From a virus: a DNA stretch of 61,742 bases. Both the position numbers and the translations under genes were made by a program. Shown one piece after another: positions 7,443-17,031 of the stretch. The DNA is taken from the IMG/VR virus record IMGVR_UViG_3300037465_000034, one strand, 5' to 3'. The stretch's first letter is position 1. Each line of letters begins with the position of its first letter. Under the pieces are notes generated by a model. The model did no database searches. It was not told the origin of the DNA and saw only the letters and a list, made by a program, of their open reading frames with translations.

Positions 7443-9371
7443 ATGGCCGGCGTCAAGCACGCAAAGAGCCTCGCCAGCCCGGACTCCGGCGCCGAGGACA
7501 AGGTATACGGCACCGACTGGAACGCCGAGCACGTCCTGTCGGACATCGCGTCGCAGGGCAGCCTGAATGCCTTGAGCAACGCGCTGTCGGCGCTCGAGGT
7601 CAGGGTGTCGTCGCTGTCCGTCGCGGCGACGGCAAGCGTCACCAGCGCCGAGGCGCAGGCAATTTCATCCCAAGCGGCGAGCGCGCTGTCGCAGGCGCTG
7701 TCGGTCAACGCGGTCGACCATGCAACGATGGCCGCGGCGATCAACGTGGTGTCCAACGCGCTGTCGAACGAGATCAGCGTGCGGGGAGCCGCGGACGCCT
7801 CGCTCGCGGGGCGCGCAGATTCACTCGCCCAGGCGTTCTCGCTGCTGTCCGACGGCGTGTCGGTCGCGGATGCCGCGCTGTCGCAAAGGGCGGACTCGAT
7901 CGCCGCCGGCCTGGGATCGGTGTCGGCGCGGGCCGACTCGCTCGCCAACGCCGTGTCCATTTTGTCGACCGCGAACTCCGCGTCCCATGCGTCCCTGGCG
8001 CAGGCGCTTTCGCTGCTGTCGCAGCAGAACTCGGTGGATCACGCATCCATCAGGGTGCTGATCAACAACGCCTCGAACACCGCAAGCGCAGGGGACGCGG
8101 CGCTGTCGGGGCGCGCGGACAGCCTGGCGAACGCCGTGTCGATCGTGTCGCAGTCGCTGTCGGCGCTGTCGCAGCAGAACTCCGTTGACCACGCCTCGAT
8201 CCGCAACCTGATCAACACGGCCAGCAACGCCGCGAGCGCCGCCGACCAGAAAGCGTCCAACGCGCGCTCGATCGTGGACAACGTGACGGTGCATGAATCG
8301 GCCGGCGCCATATCCACCAGGGGACTGCAGGCCGCGATGGACGCGCTGTCGCGCAGGATCAGTGCCGAGGCCCCGCTGGGCGGCGGCGGCGGCAGCGTCA
8401 ACAGCACAGAATTGTCCAATGTGCTTTCGGTGGCGAATGCGGCGAGTCAGGCGGCGTCGGTCGCAGATGCGAAAGCCTCGAACGCACAGTCGGACTTGAA
8501 CAGCGTCAGGTCGAACCTGCTGTCGCAGATCAGCCAGTTGAACAGCGTCCACTCGGCGTTGTCTCAGGCGAACTCTGCGGCCCACGTTTCGCTCAACAAC
8601 GCCGCATCGAACGCCCTGTCGGTGGCGAATGCGGCGAGTCAGGCGGCGAGCGTAGCAGATGTAAAAGGCTCAAACGCTCTTTCGGTCCTGAATAACCTCT
8701 CGGCCCACGAGTCGGCTGGCGCGGCGTCAACCACCGGGTTGCAGGCCATCATCGACGCGCTGTCCCGCAGGATCAGCGCAGAAGCGCCGGCCGGTGGTGG
8801 CGGCGGCAGCGTCACCAGCACAGAATTGTCCAACGTGCTTTCGGTGGCGAACGCCGCGAGCCAGGCGGCGTCGGCCATTTCGCAGAGGTTGTCGGAGCGC
8901 GCGCCGTGGTCGGTGGCGCGCATTGCGCAGGCAAGTGGAACGCAGTCCATCCAGGCCTCCGCGATAGCCGACATCAGCGGCATGGTCGTATCGGTCGAGT
9001 CCGGAAAGTGGGAGATTCGCGGTGGATTCGTAATCTCGACAAGCCTTCCGACAGCGCAGCTCCGAGTTGGCGTATCCTGCCCGCCGATGGCGGCTACACC
9101 AGGCTGGATCATGTTCGACTATGGTAGCGCACAGCAATCTGGACCAGGTGTTAGGGGAGCCGGTATCTTGCCAGCGTCGGCAAGTTCAGTTTATTTGTCG
9201 CTGACTTCGGTAACACCAGCAGGTTTTAATCCCATTAGATTTCATGCGTTGGCGAATGTATCGACCGCAGGCACTTTCAGGATCAAGGCAGGCACCGTGT
9301 CCTCGCTTGCCTCGAGCCCGCTGCACATCCAGGGCGGCACGGCCTACATGATCGCAACCAAGGTCGCGTGA
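7443..9371 (+). CDS. Tail fibre-like protein, Ser/Ala/Asn-rich coiled coil with a globular C-terminal domain
   Basis: ORF track. About 500 aa of SxALSxA-type helical repeats, an internal 60-aa duplication, and a non-repetitive C-terminal ~150 aa. Confidence 0.7.
   Translation: MAGVKHAKSLASPDSGAEDKVYGTDWNAEHVLSDIASQGSLNALSNALSALEVRVSSLSVAATASVTSAEAQAISSQAASALSQALSVNAVDHATMAAAINVVSNALSNEISVRGAADASLAGRADSLAQAFSLLSDGVSVADAALSQRADSIAAGLGSVSARADSLANAVSILSTANSASHASLAQALSLLSQQNSVDHASIRVLINNASNTASAGDAALSGRADSLANAVSIVSQSLSALSQQNSVDHASIRNLINTASNAASAADQKASNARSIVDNVTVHESAGAISTRGLQAAMDALSRRISAEAPLGGGGGSVNSTELSNVLSVANAASQAASVADAKASNAQSDLNSVRSNLLSQISQLNSVHSALSQANSAAHVSLNNAASNALSVANAASQAASVADVKGSNALSVLNNLSAHESAGAASTTGLQAIIDALSRRISAEAPAGGGGGSVTSTELSNVLSVANAASQAASAISQRLSERAPWSVARIAQASGTQSIQASAIADISGMVVSVESGKWEIRGGFVISTSLPTAQLRVGVSCPPMAATPGWIMFDYGSAQQSGPGVRGAGILPASASSVYLSLTSVTPAGFNPIRFHALANVSTAGTFRIKAGTVSSLASSPLHIQGGTAYMIATKVA
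8289..8468 (+). repeat. Internal 180-bp duplication in the fibre gene (second copy at 8703..8882)
   Basis: HESAGAISTRGLQAAMDALSRRISAEAPLGGGGGSVNSTELSNVLSVANAASQAAS versus HESAGAASTTGLQAIIDALSRRISAEAPAGGGGGSVTSTELSNVLSVANAASQAAS. Confidence 0.85.
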
Positions 9372-10756
9372 TGAACAAGATCATCGATATCGACGAGCCC
9401 CTCAAGACCGGATACTGCATCCCCGAGTGGCTGCGCGACGAGCAGATCAAGCTCGCGGTCGAGCGCAAGCTCAAAAGCGTCGAGCCGATGGCGGACACTG
9501 ACGAGCCGGTGGCCGTGGTGTGCTTCGGCCCGAGTCTCAAGGATACCTGGGAGGAAATACGCGCGTTCAGGAAGATCATCACCTGCTCCGGCGCGCACAA
9601 GTTCCTGCTCGAGCGCGGCATCGTGCCCACATGGCACCTGGAGGTTGACCCGCGCCAGCACAAGATCGAGCTGCTCGGAGACCCGCACCCCGGGGTGACA
9701 TACCTGCCATCATCGACGTGCCACCCGAAGTATTTCGATCACCTGCTGCAGCACGTTTCGCCAGCGAACGTGAGGATCTGGCACATCTACGAGAACGACT
9801 ACGAGACCGCGATGAAAATGCCGCGCGGCGAGATGGTCATTACGGGCGGCATCGACGCCGGCAAGCGTTGCATGACGATGGCAAGGTTCTTCGGGCACTG
9901 GAACCAGCACATTTTCGGCATGGACGGCTCTTCCTGCGAATGCACCGCCGACGACGTGCCGATAGTCGGCGAGGGCAAGACCAAGCACGCGGCCCCGCAT
10001 CCGGTGCAGGACAAGACCAAATACAACCTGGTGGAGTATCCGAAGGGCTCCGGGCGCTGGTGGCGCACCACGCCGGCGCTGCTGCAGGCGGCCAAGAACA
10101 CCTGGCACGAACTCGACATGATGCCGACGTTGCAGGCTAGCTTCTACGGTCATGGCCTGGTGCAGGAGATGGCGAAGCACTACGTCCGCAAGCATCCGCG
10201 GCCCAGCGCGATCGCCGCCTTCATGCCGAAACTGATCTCCGATGAGTATCGAGAGCTCAACGCCCGGATGCACCGGGAGAACCTGGCATTCGGCGTGGGC
10301 GGCGGCAAGCACGCCGAGACGGTGACGCGGCTCAAGATCAAGACCGGGGCGGCATCGGTGCTGGACTACGGGGCCGGAAAAGGCTATTTGGCAAAGGCGC
10401 TCAAGTTCCCGATCTGGGAATACGACCCCGCGATCCCTGGCAAGGATCACGCGCCTCGGCCGGCCGAGCTGGTCGTGTGCACCGACGTGCTGGAGCACGT
10501 CGAGCCGGATAAGCTGCAAGCCGTGCTGGACGACCTGCGCCGCGTCACCATCAGGATCGGGTTCTTCGTGATCCACACCGGGCCGAGCTCCAAGAACCTG
10601 CCCGACGGGCGCAACGCGCACCTGATCCAGCAGCCCGAGCCGTGGTGGCGCGAGCAGCTTGGGAGGTTTTTCCAGATCGGCGCAATCAATCAGGCTGGGC
10701 CGCTTCTTTACTGCGTCGTGTCGCCGATGATAGCCGCGCAGCGCAAGGTTGCGTAA
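9368..10756 (+). CDS. Fusion protein: Maf/DUF115 (MptE-like) N-terminal domain plus class I SAM methyltransferase C-terminal domain
   Basis: N-terminal part PVAVVCFGPSLKDTWEEIRAFRKIITCSGAHKFLLERGIVPTWHLEVDPR resembles DUF115. C-terminal part has motif I VLDYGAGKGYLAKAL and VVCTDVLEHVEP. ATGA-coupled to the fibre gene. Confidence 0.6.
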   Translation: MMNKIIDIDEPLKTGYCIPEWLRDEQIKLAVERKLKSVEPMADTDEPVAVVCFGPSLKDTWEEIRAFRKIITCSGAHKFLLERGIVPTWHLEVDPRQHKIELLGDPHPGVTYLPSSTCHPKYFDHLLQHVSPANVRIWHIYENDYETAMKMPRGEMVITGGIDAGKRCMTMARFFGHWNQHIFGMDGSSCECTADDVPIVGEGKTKHAAPHPVQDKTKYNLVEYPKGSGRWWRTTPALLQAAKNTWHELDMMPTLQASFYGHGLVQEMAKHYVRKHPRPSAIAAFMPKLISDEYRELNARMHRENLAFGVGGGKHAETVTRLKIKTGAASVLDYGAGKGYLAKALKFPIWEYDPAIPGKDHAPRPAELVVCTDVLEHVEPDKLQAVLDDLRRVTIRIGFFVIHTGPSSKNLPDGRNAHLIQQPEPWWREQLGRFFQIGAINQAGPLLYCVVSPMIAAQRKVA

Positions 10757-10964
10757 ATGTTCAGTTGCTCTTTCAGCAACCAGTTCTCGAACGACTGCTG
10801 CGAGCAGTGGAGCTTCAGCAGGTTCTCCTTCAGCGGCGCCCTTGGGGGCTTTCACGTCGATTGCGGCCCTGGCGTGGCGCAGGCCGACGAGTGGATCATC
10901 CGCTGGCGCCGCAGAAGGCACATCACATGAGGCGGCGTTCTGCCAGGGTTAACGGAGGGCATCG

Positions 10965-13232
10965 GTGAGCATCAGGACGACGATGGGCGAGATGGCCGCT
11001 GACGCAGACGCCGGGCCTTCGCTCGAGGACGAGGCCGCCGAGCAAGAGCGCGAGCAGGCGCTCGCGCTGCGCCGGCAGAAACTCGAGGCGCTCGCGCTGT
11101 CGCTCGCCAAATCGCGCAGCGACGCCATTGCGGCGCGCCTGTCCTCGGGCATCGAAACGGAATGGATGCAGGACGAGGAGTATTACGAAGGCATCGACGA
11201 CGCCAACCGCGGCGACATGGCCGCATGGCGCTCCAAGCCCCCAGGCCAGACCACGGAGAGCGCCGAGCAGCGGGCGCAGGCAGCGAGCGTGTTCATCAAC
11301 ATCACGCGCCCCTACGTTGACGCGGCGGCATCCAGGGTGGGCGACATGCTGCTGCCAACGGACGATCGCGCCTGGGAGATCAAGCCCACGCCCATTCCAG
11401 AGCTCGAAGGCATGGCAAAGGGCAACTTCCCGCCGCAGGTGCTGCGCCAGGCGCTCGCCGCGAACAACGGCAACGCCGATTTGGCGAAGGCCCAACTGCA
11501 CAAGGCCGTGGATCAGGCCGTGGCATCGATGACAGAGGCCAGGAAAAGGGCCGCGTCAGCGCAGTCGCAGATAGAGGACTGGCATGTCGAGTGCCAGTTC
11601 CACAACCACGCGCGGCGCGTGATCGACGACGCCGCAAAGGTCGGAAGCGGCGTGCTCAAGGGGCCGTTCCCGACCAGGAACCGCGGGCTCGCGTTCATGG
11701 ATGGCGCGCTGGTGCTCAAGGACGAGATCCAGCCAGCGAGCATCCGGGTAGATTACTGGAATTTCTATCCAGACCCGGCCTGCGGCGAGAACATCCACAA
11801 CGGGTCGCACTGCTGGGAGCGCGACGACATAAGCAAGAAATCCCTCATGGATCTCATCGATCATCCAGGCTACATGGCCGAGGAAATCATGGCCTGCCTG
11901 GAAGAGGGGCCGATGCGAGCCTCGTCGCAGGCGCCGGAGCGCCAGACGCCGAGCGGCCACAAGCCCGACACCAAGTCGATGTTCGAGATCTGGTATTTCC
12001 ACGGATTGCTCGAGCGCGAAGACCTGGACGCGATCGGATGCGAGTGTGAGCCCGGCGAGCATCCGATCGTGGCGGCCGAAGTCACGATGGTGAACAACCG
12101 CATCATCAAGGCCATTCCTTGCACCATTCCCAACGGCGGGCTGCCCTATGACGTAATGGTCTGGCAGCGCCGCGCCGGGAGCTGGGCTGGCATCGGGGTT
12201 GCGCGCCAGATCAGGACGCCGCAGGAGATCGTGGTCGGCGCCGGGCGCAACCTGCTGGACAACGCAGGCCGCGCCGGCGGCCCGCAGCTCGTCATCCAGC
12301 AGGGCATCGTGGTGCCGCACGACGGCATCTACGAAGTCACGCCCTGGAAAATCTGGCTCGCTGGCACCGACGCCGACCTCGAGCACATCGACAAGGCGTT
12401 CCGGTTCGTCACGATCCCGGCGCTGCAGCAGGAGTTGATGGCGATCATCCAGTTGGGGTTGAAGCTCGCCGAGGATGTCACCGGCCTGCCGCTGCTCCTG
12501 CAAGGACAGAAAGGCTCGTCGCCCGAGACGCTGGGCGGCCAGCAGATGGCGATGAACAACGCGAGCTCCGTGCTGCGCCGCGAGGCGAAGTTGTTCGACG
12601 ACCTCATCACCGAGCCGCACATCCGCCGCTACTACGCATTCCTCATGCTCTACGGAGAGGACGAGCACAAGGGCGACTTCCAGATCGACGCGCGCGGGTC
12701 TTCCGCGCTGGTGCAGCGCGACATCGAGAACCAGGCGATCGCCGAGATGGCGAAGGTGGTGGTGAACCCGATCTTCGGTATCGACCCCAAGAAGTGGGCC
12801 GAGGAGTGGCTGAAGTCCAAGCACCTGGACGCGAAGCGGTTCCAGTTCGACGACGAGAAGTGGCAGCAGGTCGTCTCCAACATGGCGAAGGGCGGAGACC
12901 CGCGCCTGGCGGTGGCGCAGTTGCAGGCCGAATTGAAGGTCAAGATCACGCAGATGGAGCAGGCGTTCGAGGCCGATCAGAATAACCGCGACCGCGAGCT
13001 CAAGATGATGGTCGCGCAGATCGACGCGCAGCTCGCGCAGGCGGGCCTCACCAGCGACCAGCAAAAGGTGCTCGCCGAGATCAAGGGCAGGCTCTCCGAC
13101 ACCGTGCTGCGGCTGCGTGCCCAGCGCGAGATGCAGATCGCCGACCAGCAACAGGAGCGCGCGATCCAGGTCATCGAACCCAGGGCAGAACCCAAGGGCA
13201 AGGCTCCCGACGGCAAGGCTTTCATCCAATGA
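10965..13232 (+). CDS. Portal protein
   Basis: 755 aa. GTG start after GGAGGG. Acidic N-terminus followed by EWMQDEEYYEGIDD. Size and position upstream of scaffold and capsid genes. Confidence 0.75.
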   Translation: MSIRTTMGEMAADADAGPSLEDEAAEQEREQALALRRQKLEALALSLAKSRSDAIAARLSSGIETEWMQDEEYYEGIDDANRGDMAAWRSKPPGQTTESAEQRAQAASVFINITRPYVDAAASRVGDMLLPTDDRAWEIKPTPIPELEGMAKGNFPPQVLRQALAANNGNADLAKAQLHKAVDQAVASMTEARKRAASAQSQIEDWHVECQFHNHARRVIDDAAKVGSGVLKGPFPTRNRGLAFMDGALVLKDEIQPASIRVDYWNFYPDPACGENIHNGSHCWERDDISKKSLMDLIDHPGYMAEEIMACLEEGPMRASSQAPERQTPSGHKPDTKSMFEIWYFHGLLEREDLDAIGCECEPGEHPIVAAEVTMVNNRIIKAIPCTIPNGGLPYDVMVWQRRAGSWAGIGVARQIRTPQEIVVGAGRNLLDNAGRAGGPQLVIQQGIVVPHDGIYEVTPWKIWLAGTDADLEHIDKAFRFVTIPALQQELMAIIQLGLKLAEDVTGLPLLLQGQKGSSPETLGGQQMAMNNASSVLRREAKLFDDLITEPHIRRYYAFLMLYGEDEHKGDFQIDARGSSALVQRDIENQAIAEMAKVVVNPIFGIDPKKWAEEWLKSKHLDAKRFQFDDEKWQQVVSNMAKGGDPRLAVAQLQAELKVKITQMEQAFEADQNNRDRELKMMVAQIDAQLAQAGLTSDQQKVLAEIKGRLSDTVLRLRAQREMQIADQQQERAIQVIEPRAEPKGKAPDGKAFIQ

Positions 13233-13471
13233 ACGAGGTGATTCTCGAGGCGCTGGTGGTGTTCAAGACCGTCGGCGGCAAGCGGCCGGTGCCGGTTCAG
13301 CAGAAGGATGTGCCGGATTGGGTCAAGGATCCCGTGATCATGTCCAGGCTTGCACAAGGCTTGTTCGTGTCCAATGACGCAGAGGACACCGATCCAGAAG
13401 ACGTCGCGTGGTGGAGCGCGCTCAAGATCGAGGAGTTGCGGCGCAGAGCAAAGGGGAAGATACTGCGCTGA
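13229..13471 (+). CDS. Hypothetical protein
   Basis: ATGA overlap with the portal stop. ORF track. Confidence 0.55.
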   Translation: MNEVILEALVVFKTVGGKRPVPVQQKDVPDWVKDPVIMSRLAQGLFVSNDAEDTDPEDVAWWSALKIEELRRRAKGKILR

Positions 13472-13746
13472 TGGAAGCACTCACCAGGATCGAGCGAGAG
13501 TCCCCGGTGGTGGTCAAGGTGGCCGACCATCTGCGCGCGCGGCTGGCAATGCTGCGGAGGAAAAACGACGCCGACGCCGACGCAGAGACCACCGCGGCAC
13601 TGAGGGGGCAGATCCGCGAGTGCAAGGACATGCTGTATTACCTCGAGGGCGGGATCGAGAAAGCCATCGAGGAAATGAGACGGCCGCAGCCAGTGGCTGC
13701 CGCCACCTGGCCCGCAAGGGCAAGTGAAACTGGAGCGAGACGATGA
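13471..13746 (+). CDS. Hypothetical protein
   Basis: TGATG junction. In-frame part of ORF 13408..13746 (MEALTRIERESP...). Confidence 0.55.
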   Translation: MEALTRIERESPVVVKVADHLRARLAMLRRKNDADADAETTAALRGQIRECKDMLYYLEGGIEKAIEEMRRPQPVAAATWPARASETGARR

Positions 13747-14678
13747 GCGAAGCGCAAGCGGCTGCCGCCGACAAGGCCGCGGCTGAGCAGGAGCAGTTGG
13801 AAGAGCAGGAACATGCCGCAGCGGAACGTGCCTTCAAGCATGTCGTCACGGGAGAGCCGCAGGAGGTCGTAAAAGACGACCTGCCGCCATCCGAGGAGAC
13901 GCCGGAGCAGAAGAAGGCGCGCGAGGCAGAGCAGAAGAAAGCCGCGCAGGAAGCCGCGAAGAAAGCCTACGACGAGTGGATGGCCGCTGTGCCTTCGGCC
14001 GTGCGCGAGAAGATCGAGCGCGTGGACAAGATGGCCGAGACGGTCAACCAGGTCGGCAGGTTCGAGCGGCACCTGAACAAGGTCGAGGAGCGCGTGTCGG
14101 CGGTCGAAAAGGCCGGCAAAGCGGCGGCCGCGGCTGCCAGGGCTGCAGGAGGCGAGGCGCCCAGCGCCGATCAGATCAAGGCTGCTGTGGCGAACCTCAA
14201 GAAGTGGAATCAGATGAAGGATGACTTCCCCGATTGGGCAGACGCGATGGAAGAGCGCCTGTCGGTCTTCGGTGCGCCGGCTGCAAATACAGAACCCGCG
14301 CAGAAGATCAACCAGGACGAGATCGTCGGCAAGATCAGATTCCAGTTGAACGCCGAACGGGTCGAAGAGGTTCACGAAGGGTGGCAGGACACCGTGAAGA
14401 CGCCTGAGTTCAAGGAGTGGCTGCAACGTCAGCCCGATGATGTGAGGGCGCTGGCGGAAAGCGAGCGGGTCAAGGACGCCGTGTCGCTGCTGGACAAGTT
14501 CAAGGAACACCGGAACAAGGCCGCGGACATTCCGCCGCCTGAGACGCCGGAGCAGAAAAAAGCGCGCCTCGCCGCTGCGATGCCGCCCACCACGGGCCGC
14601 ACGATGCAGCAGCGCGGCGAAACCGAAACCGAAGCCGAGGCGGCGGCGAAGAGATTCGCGCAAATCCGCTCCGGCTAA
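13743..14678 (+). CDS. Scaffolding-like protein
   Basis: Acidic Ala/Glu/Lys-rich helical protein immediately upstream of the major capsid gene. Confidence 0.6.
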   Translation: MSEAQAAAADKAAAEQEQLEEQEHAAAERAFKHVVTGEPQEVVKDDLPPSEETPEQKKAREAEQKKAAQEAAKKAYDEWMAAVPSAVREKIERVDKMAETVNQVGRFERHLNKVEERVSAVEKAGKAAAAAARAAGGEAPSADQIKAAVANLKKWNQMKDDFPDWADAMEERLSVFGAPAANTEPAQKINQDEIVGKIRFQLNAERVEEVHEGWQDTVKTPEFKEWLQRQPDDVRALAESERVKDAVSLLDKFKEHRNKAADIPPPETPEQKKARLAAAMPPTTGRTMQQRGETETEAEAAAKRFAQIRSG

Positions 14679-14696
14679 ACCAAAAGGAGAGCCATC

Positions 14697-15749
14697 ATGG
14701 CTCAGCAGGCATACAACACCCCGACCGCCGCACGAATCGGGGCAGTGAAAGGCGAGATCCTCGCCCACGCGGCGCCGGTGGAAGTGCTGGGGATCACCGG
14801 CGAGCAGAAAAAGCTCGGCAAGAATCAGAGCGACACCATCAAGTTCCGGCGCTGGCTGCCCTACGGCGGCACCACGGCGAGCGCGAACACGATCAACCGC
14901 TGGGTCGTGGACGCAAGCGCCCATGTCCTGACGGAAGGCGTGACGCCGGCCGCGGACACGCTCTCGGCGCAGGACATCACCGTCACCATCCAGCAATACG
15001 GGTGCCTCTATCAGATCACCGACAAGGCGTTCGACCTCTACGAGGACGACATCGCCGGCGAGATGAGAAAGCAGGTCGGCGAGCGCATGGGCCTGGTGCG
15101 CGAGCTGGTGCGCTACGGCGAAGTGAAGGCGGGAACCAACGTCTTCTACGCCGGCGGCACAAGCCGCGTGACGGTGAACGCGAAGATCAACCTGAACACC
15201 ATCCGGCGCGCGACGCGGAACCTCCGCGCCAACCACGCCGACATGGTGACCAGGGTGCTCTCGCCATCGCAGATGGTGGGCACCGCCCCCGTGGAAGCCG
15301 GGTTTCTCGTATTCGTGCACAGCGATGCCGAGCCAGACATCCGCGATCTGCCGGGCTTCAAGCACTGCTCGGAATACGGGCAGAGGAAGCCCGTGCATCC
15401 GAACGAAGTGGGGTCGGTCGAGACGTTCCGCTTCGTCATCAGCCCCGAGCTCGCGTCCTACCCGGATGCGGCGACCTCGGTGACGGCCTCGACCTTCGGC
15501 CTTTACTCGACCACCGGCACCAACCCGGACGTCTACCCGTTCATCGTGTGCGGCGAGATGGCCTGGGCGCAGGTGTCGATGCGCTCGGTGGACGGCCTGG
15601 ACCTCACCTGGATCCCGCCCGGCCAGAAGGACAAGAACGACCCGCTCGGGCAACGCGGCTACGTCGGCGCGACGCACTACCACGCCGTCAAGATCACCAA
15701 CCAGGGCTGGATGGCGGTGATCGAAGCGGGAGTCTCGGCCCTGACGTAA
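14697..15749 (+). CDS. Major capsid protein
   Basis: 350 aa. Strong SD aaaggaga. Position after the scaffold gene. N-terminus ...GKNQSDTIKFRRWLPYGG resembles N4 gp56-type capsid proteins from memory. Confidence 0.8.
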   Translation: MAQQAYNTPTAARIGAVKGEILAHAAPVEVLGITGEQKKLGKNQSDTIKFRRWLPYGGTTASANTINRWVVDASAHVLTEGVTPAADTLSAQDITVTIQQYGCLYQITDKAFDLYEDDIAGEMRKQVGERMGLVRELVRYGEVKAGTNVFYAGGTSRVTVNAKINLNTIRRATRNLRANHADMVTRVLSPSQMVGTAPVEAGFLVFVHSDAEPDIRDLPGFKHCSEYGQRKPVHPNEVGSVETFRFVISPELASYPDAATSVTASTFGLYSTTGTNPDVYPFIVCGEMAWAQVSMRSVDGLDLTWIPPGQKDKNDPLGQRGYVGATHYHAVKITNQGWMAVIEAGVSALT

Positions 15750-15770
15750 TCGGGGTGAAGCTGTAGCAGA

Positions 15771-15794
15771 CCCTCCGGCCTTCGGGCCGGAGGG
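15771..15794 (+). other. GC-rich hairpin after the capsid gene (no T tract)
   Basis: ccctccggcc-ttcg-ggccggaggg, a perfect 10-bp stem. Confidence 0.5.
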
Positions 15795-15854
15795 GGCAGA
15801 GCGAGTGGCGGGGTTGTAGACCCGTCGTCCTCAACTTGAGAGAAGGAGAAGCAC

Positions 15855-16349
15855 ATGCAAGCGAAAGACCTGATCGGTGCGACGTTCAACACCGTGAAAA
15901 CCGGCCTCACCGGCATCTCTGGCGCGGCCACGACCTACTCCACCGGCTCGACATCGCTGCAGTATGCGGTGCGCGGCAAGGCGGCGACCAAGGCGCAAGT
16001 CTCTGGTGGCACCACGCCGACCACGGATGCGGTGACGGGTGCTGCGATCACGCTCACGGCGAACCAGGCGCGCGCGGTGGTGTGGATGCTGAATTCCGCC
16101 GGAACAGTGTTCGTGCAGGCAGGGCCGGTGGTGGATCTGGACAGCGCCGGCAACTACATCGGCGGCAAGCCCCCGGCGATGCCCTGGGTGGATCTGGCGA
16201 CCTACTGCCCGATCGCCTACACGCTGCACAAGGCGAGTTCGAGCCTGTCCGGCACGTTCACGTTCGGCTCGAGCAACTGGAACACGACCGGCATGACGCA
16301 CACGGTCGTGGACCTGCTCACGCTGCCCGACCGGCCGCAGACGTCGTAA
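15855..16349 (+). CDS. Virion structural protein (possible head decoration)
   Basis: SD gaaggaga. Thr/Gly/Ala-rich beta-type sequence. Follows the capsid gene. Confidence 0.6.
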   Translation: MQAKDLIGATFNTVKTGLTGISGAATTYSTGSTSLQYAVRGKAATKAQVSGGTTPTTDAVTGAAITLTANQARAVVWMLNSAGTVFVQAGPVVDLDSAGNYIGGKPPAMPWVDLATYCPIAYTLHKASSSLSGTFTFGSSNWNTTGMTHTVVDLLTLPDRPQTS

Positions 16350-16358
16350 TGCAGCCAG

Positions 16359-16391
16359 GCGCGGGGCGGGTGGCGCCGCCTCGCGCGCTTT
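16359..16391 (+). terminator. Terminator-like hairpin
   Basis: gcgcggggcgg-gtggcg-ccgcctcgcgc (11-bp stem with one G-T pair), then gcttt. Confidence 0.45.
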
Positions 16392-16467
16392 GCCTTGCCC
16401 GGCACGCCGTCCGCTACGGCGCACGGCTGGAAGCGCCCTACGTGGCGCATGAGACAGGAGAACGAAC

Positions 16468-16968
16468 ATGAGATCGTTGTGGAACAGGTTGGCGAACCTC
16501 GCCATCACCAAGGAGCTGATTGCGCCCAGCGGGCAGGTCTTCGACACCAACCGCTCGGTCACGCTGACGGGCGCGACGGTGCTCAACGTCAGGCAGCACG
16601 CGGACAAGCCCATCATCCTGAACAACGCCACCGGCTTCCAGGTCACGCTGCCGGCCGCGATCGGGAGCGGCGCGAAATTCGAGATCCATGTCGGCACCAC
16701 GGTCACCTCGGGGTCGATGACGATCAAGGTGGCGAACTCGACCGATGTGATGAACGGCCTGGCGCTGCAGTCGCAGGACGCGGGCGCTACCCTGCAGGCG
16801 TTCGAGACCGCGGCGAGCGACGACACCATCACCTTCAACGGCACCACCACCGGCGGGATCATCGGCGACAAGGTGGAGCTGGTGGACGCCAAGCCCGGCT
16901 TCTGGCTCGTCCAGATCCGCGGCGCGGCGACCGGGACCGAGGCGACACCGTTCTCCGCAACGGTGTAA
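16468..16968 (+). CDS. Virion structural protein
   Basis: SD caggaga. ORF track. Beta-rich sequence. Confidence 0.6.
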   Translation: MRSLWNRLANLAITKELIAPSGQVFDTNRSVTLTGATVLNVRQHADKPIILNNATGFQVTLPAAIGSGAKFEIHVGTTVTSGSMTIKVANSTDVMNGLALQSQDAGATLQAFETAASDDTITFNGTTTGGIIGDKVELVDAKPGFWLVQIRGAATGTEATPFSATV

Positions 16969-17031
16969 GCAATTTCAGCGAAGTGCTCTCCCGCCCGATG
17001 AGGGCGGGGGAGATTCACGAAGGAGTAAACG

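Noticed and set aside
10757-10964. A 208-bp gap between the Maf-like gene and the portal gene. It holds a 57-codon plus-strand ORF (10757..10930, MFSCSFSNQFSNDCCEQWSF...) and a protein-like minus-strand reading (..LKENLLKLHCSQQSFENWLLKEQLNIY..).
   Set aside because: Both strands show G/C-ending codons. The plus-strand product is low-complexity Ser/Phe/Cys, as expected from the antisense of a Leu/Lys/Glu helix. The minus-strand reading has no usable start codon and would run into the upstream gene. No call is possible without expression data.
15771-15794. The perfect 10-bp GC hairpin after the capsid gene as a strong intrinsic terminator.
   Set aside because: No T tract follows it, and the operon clearly continues. 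It is kept only as a hairpin, possibly an attenuator or an mRNA-stability element.
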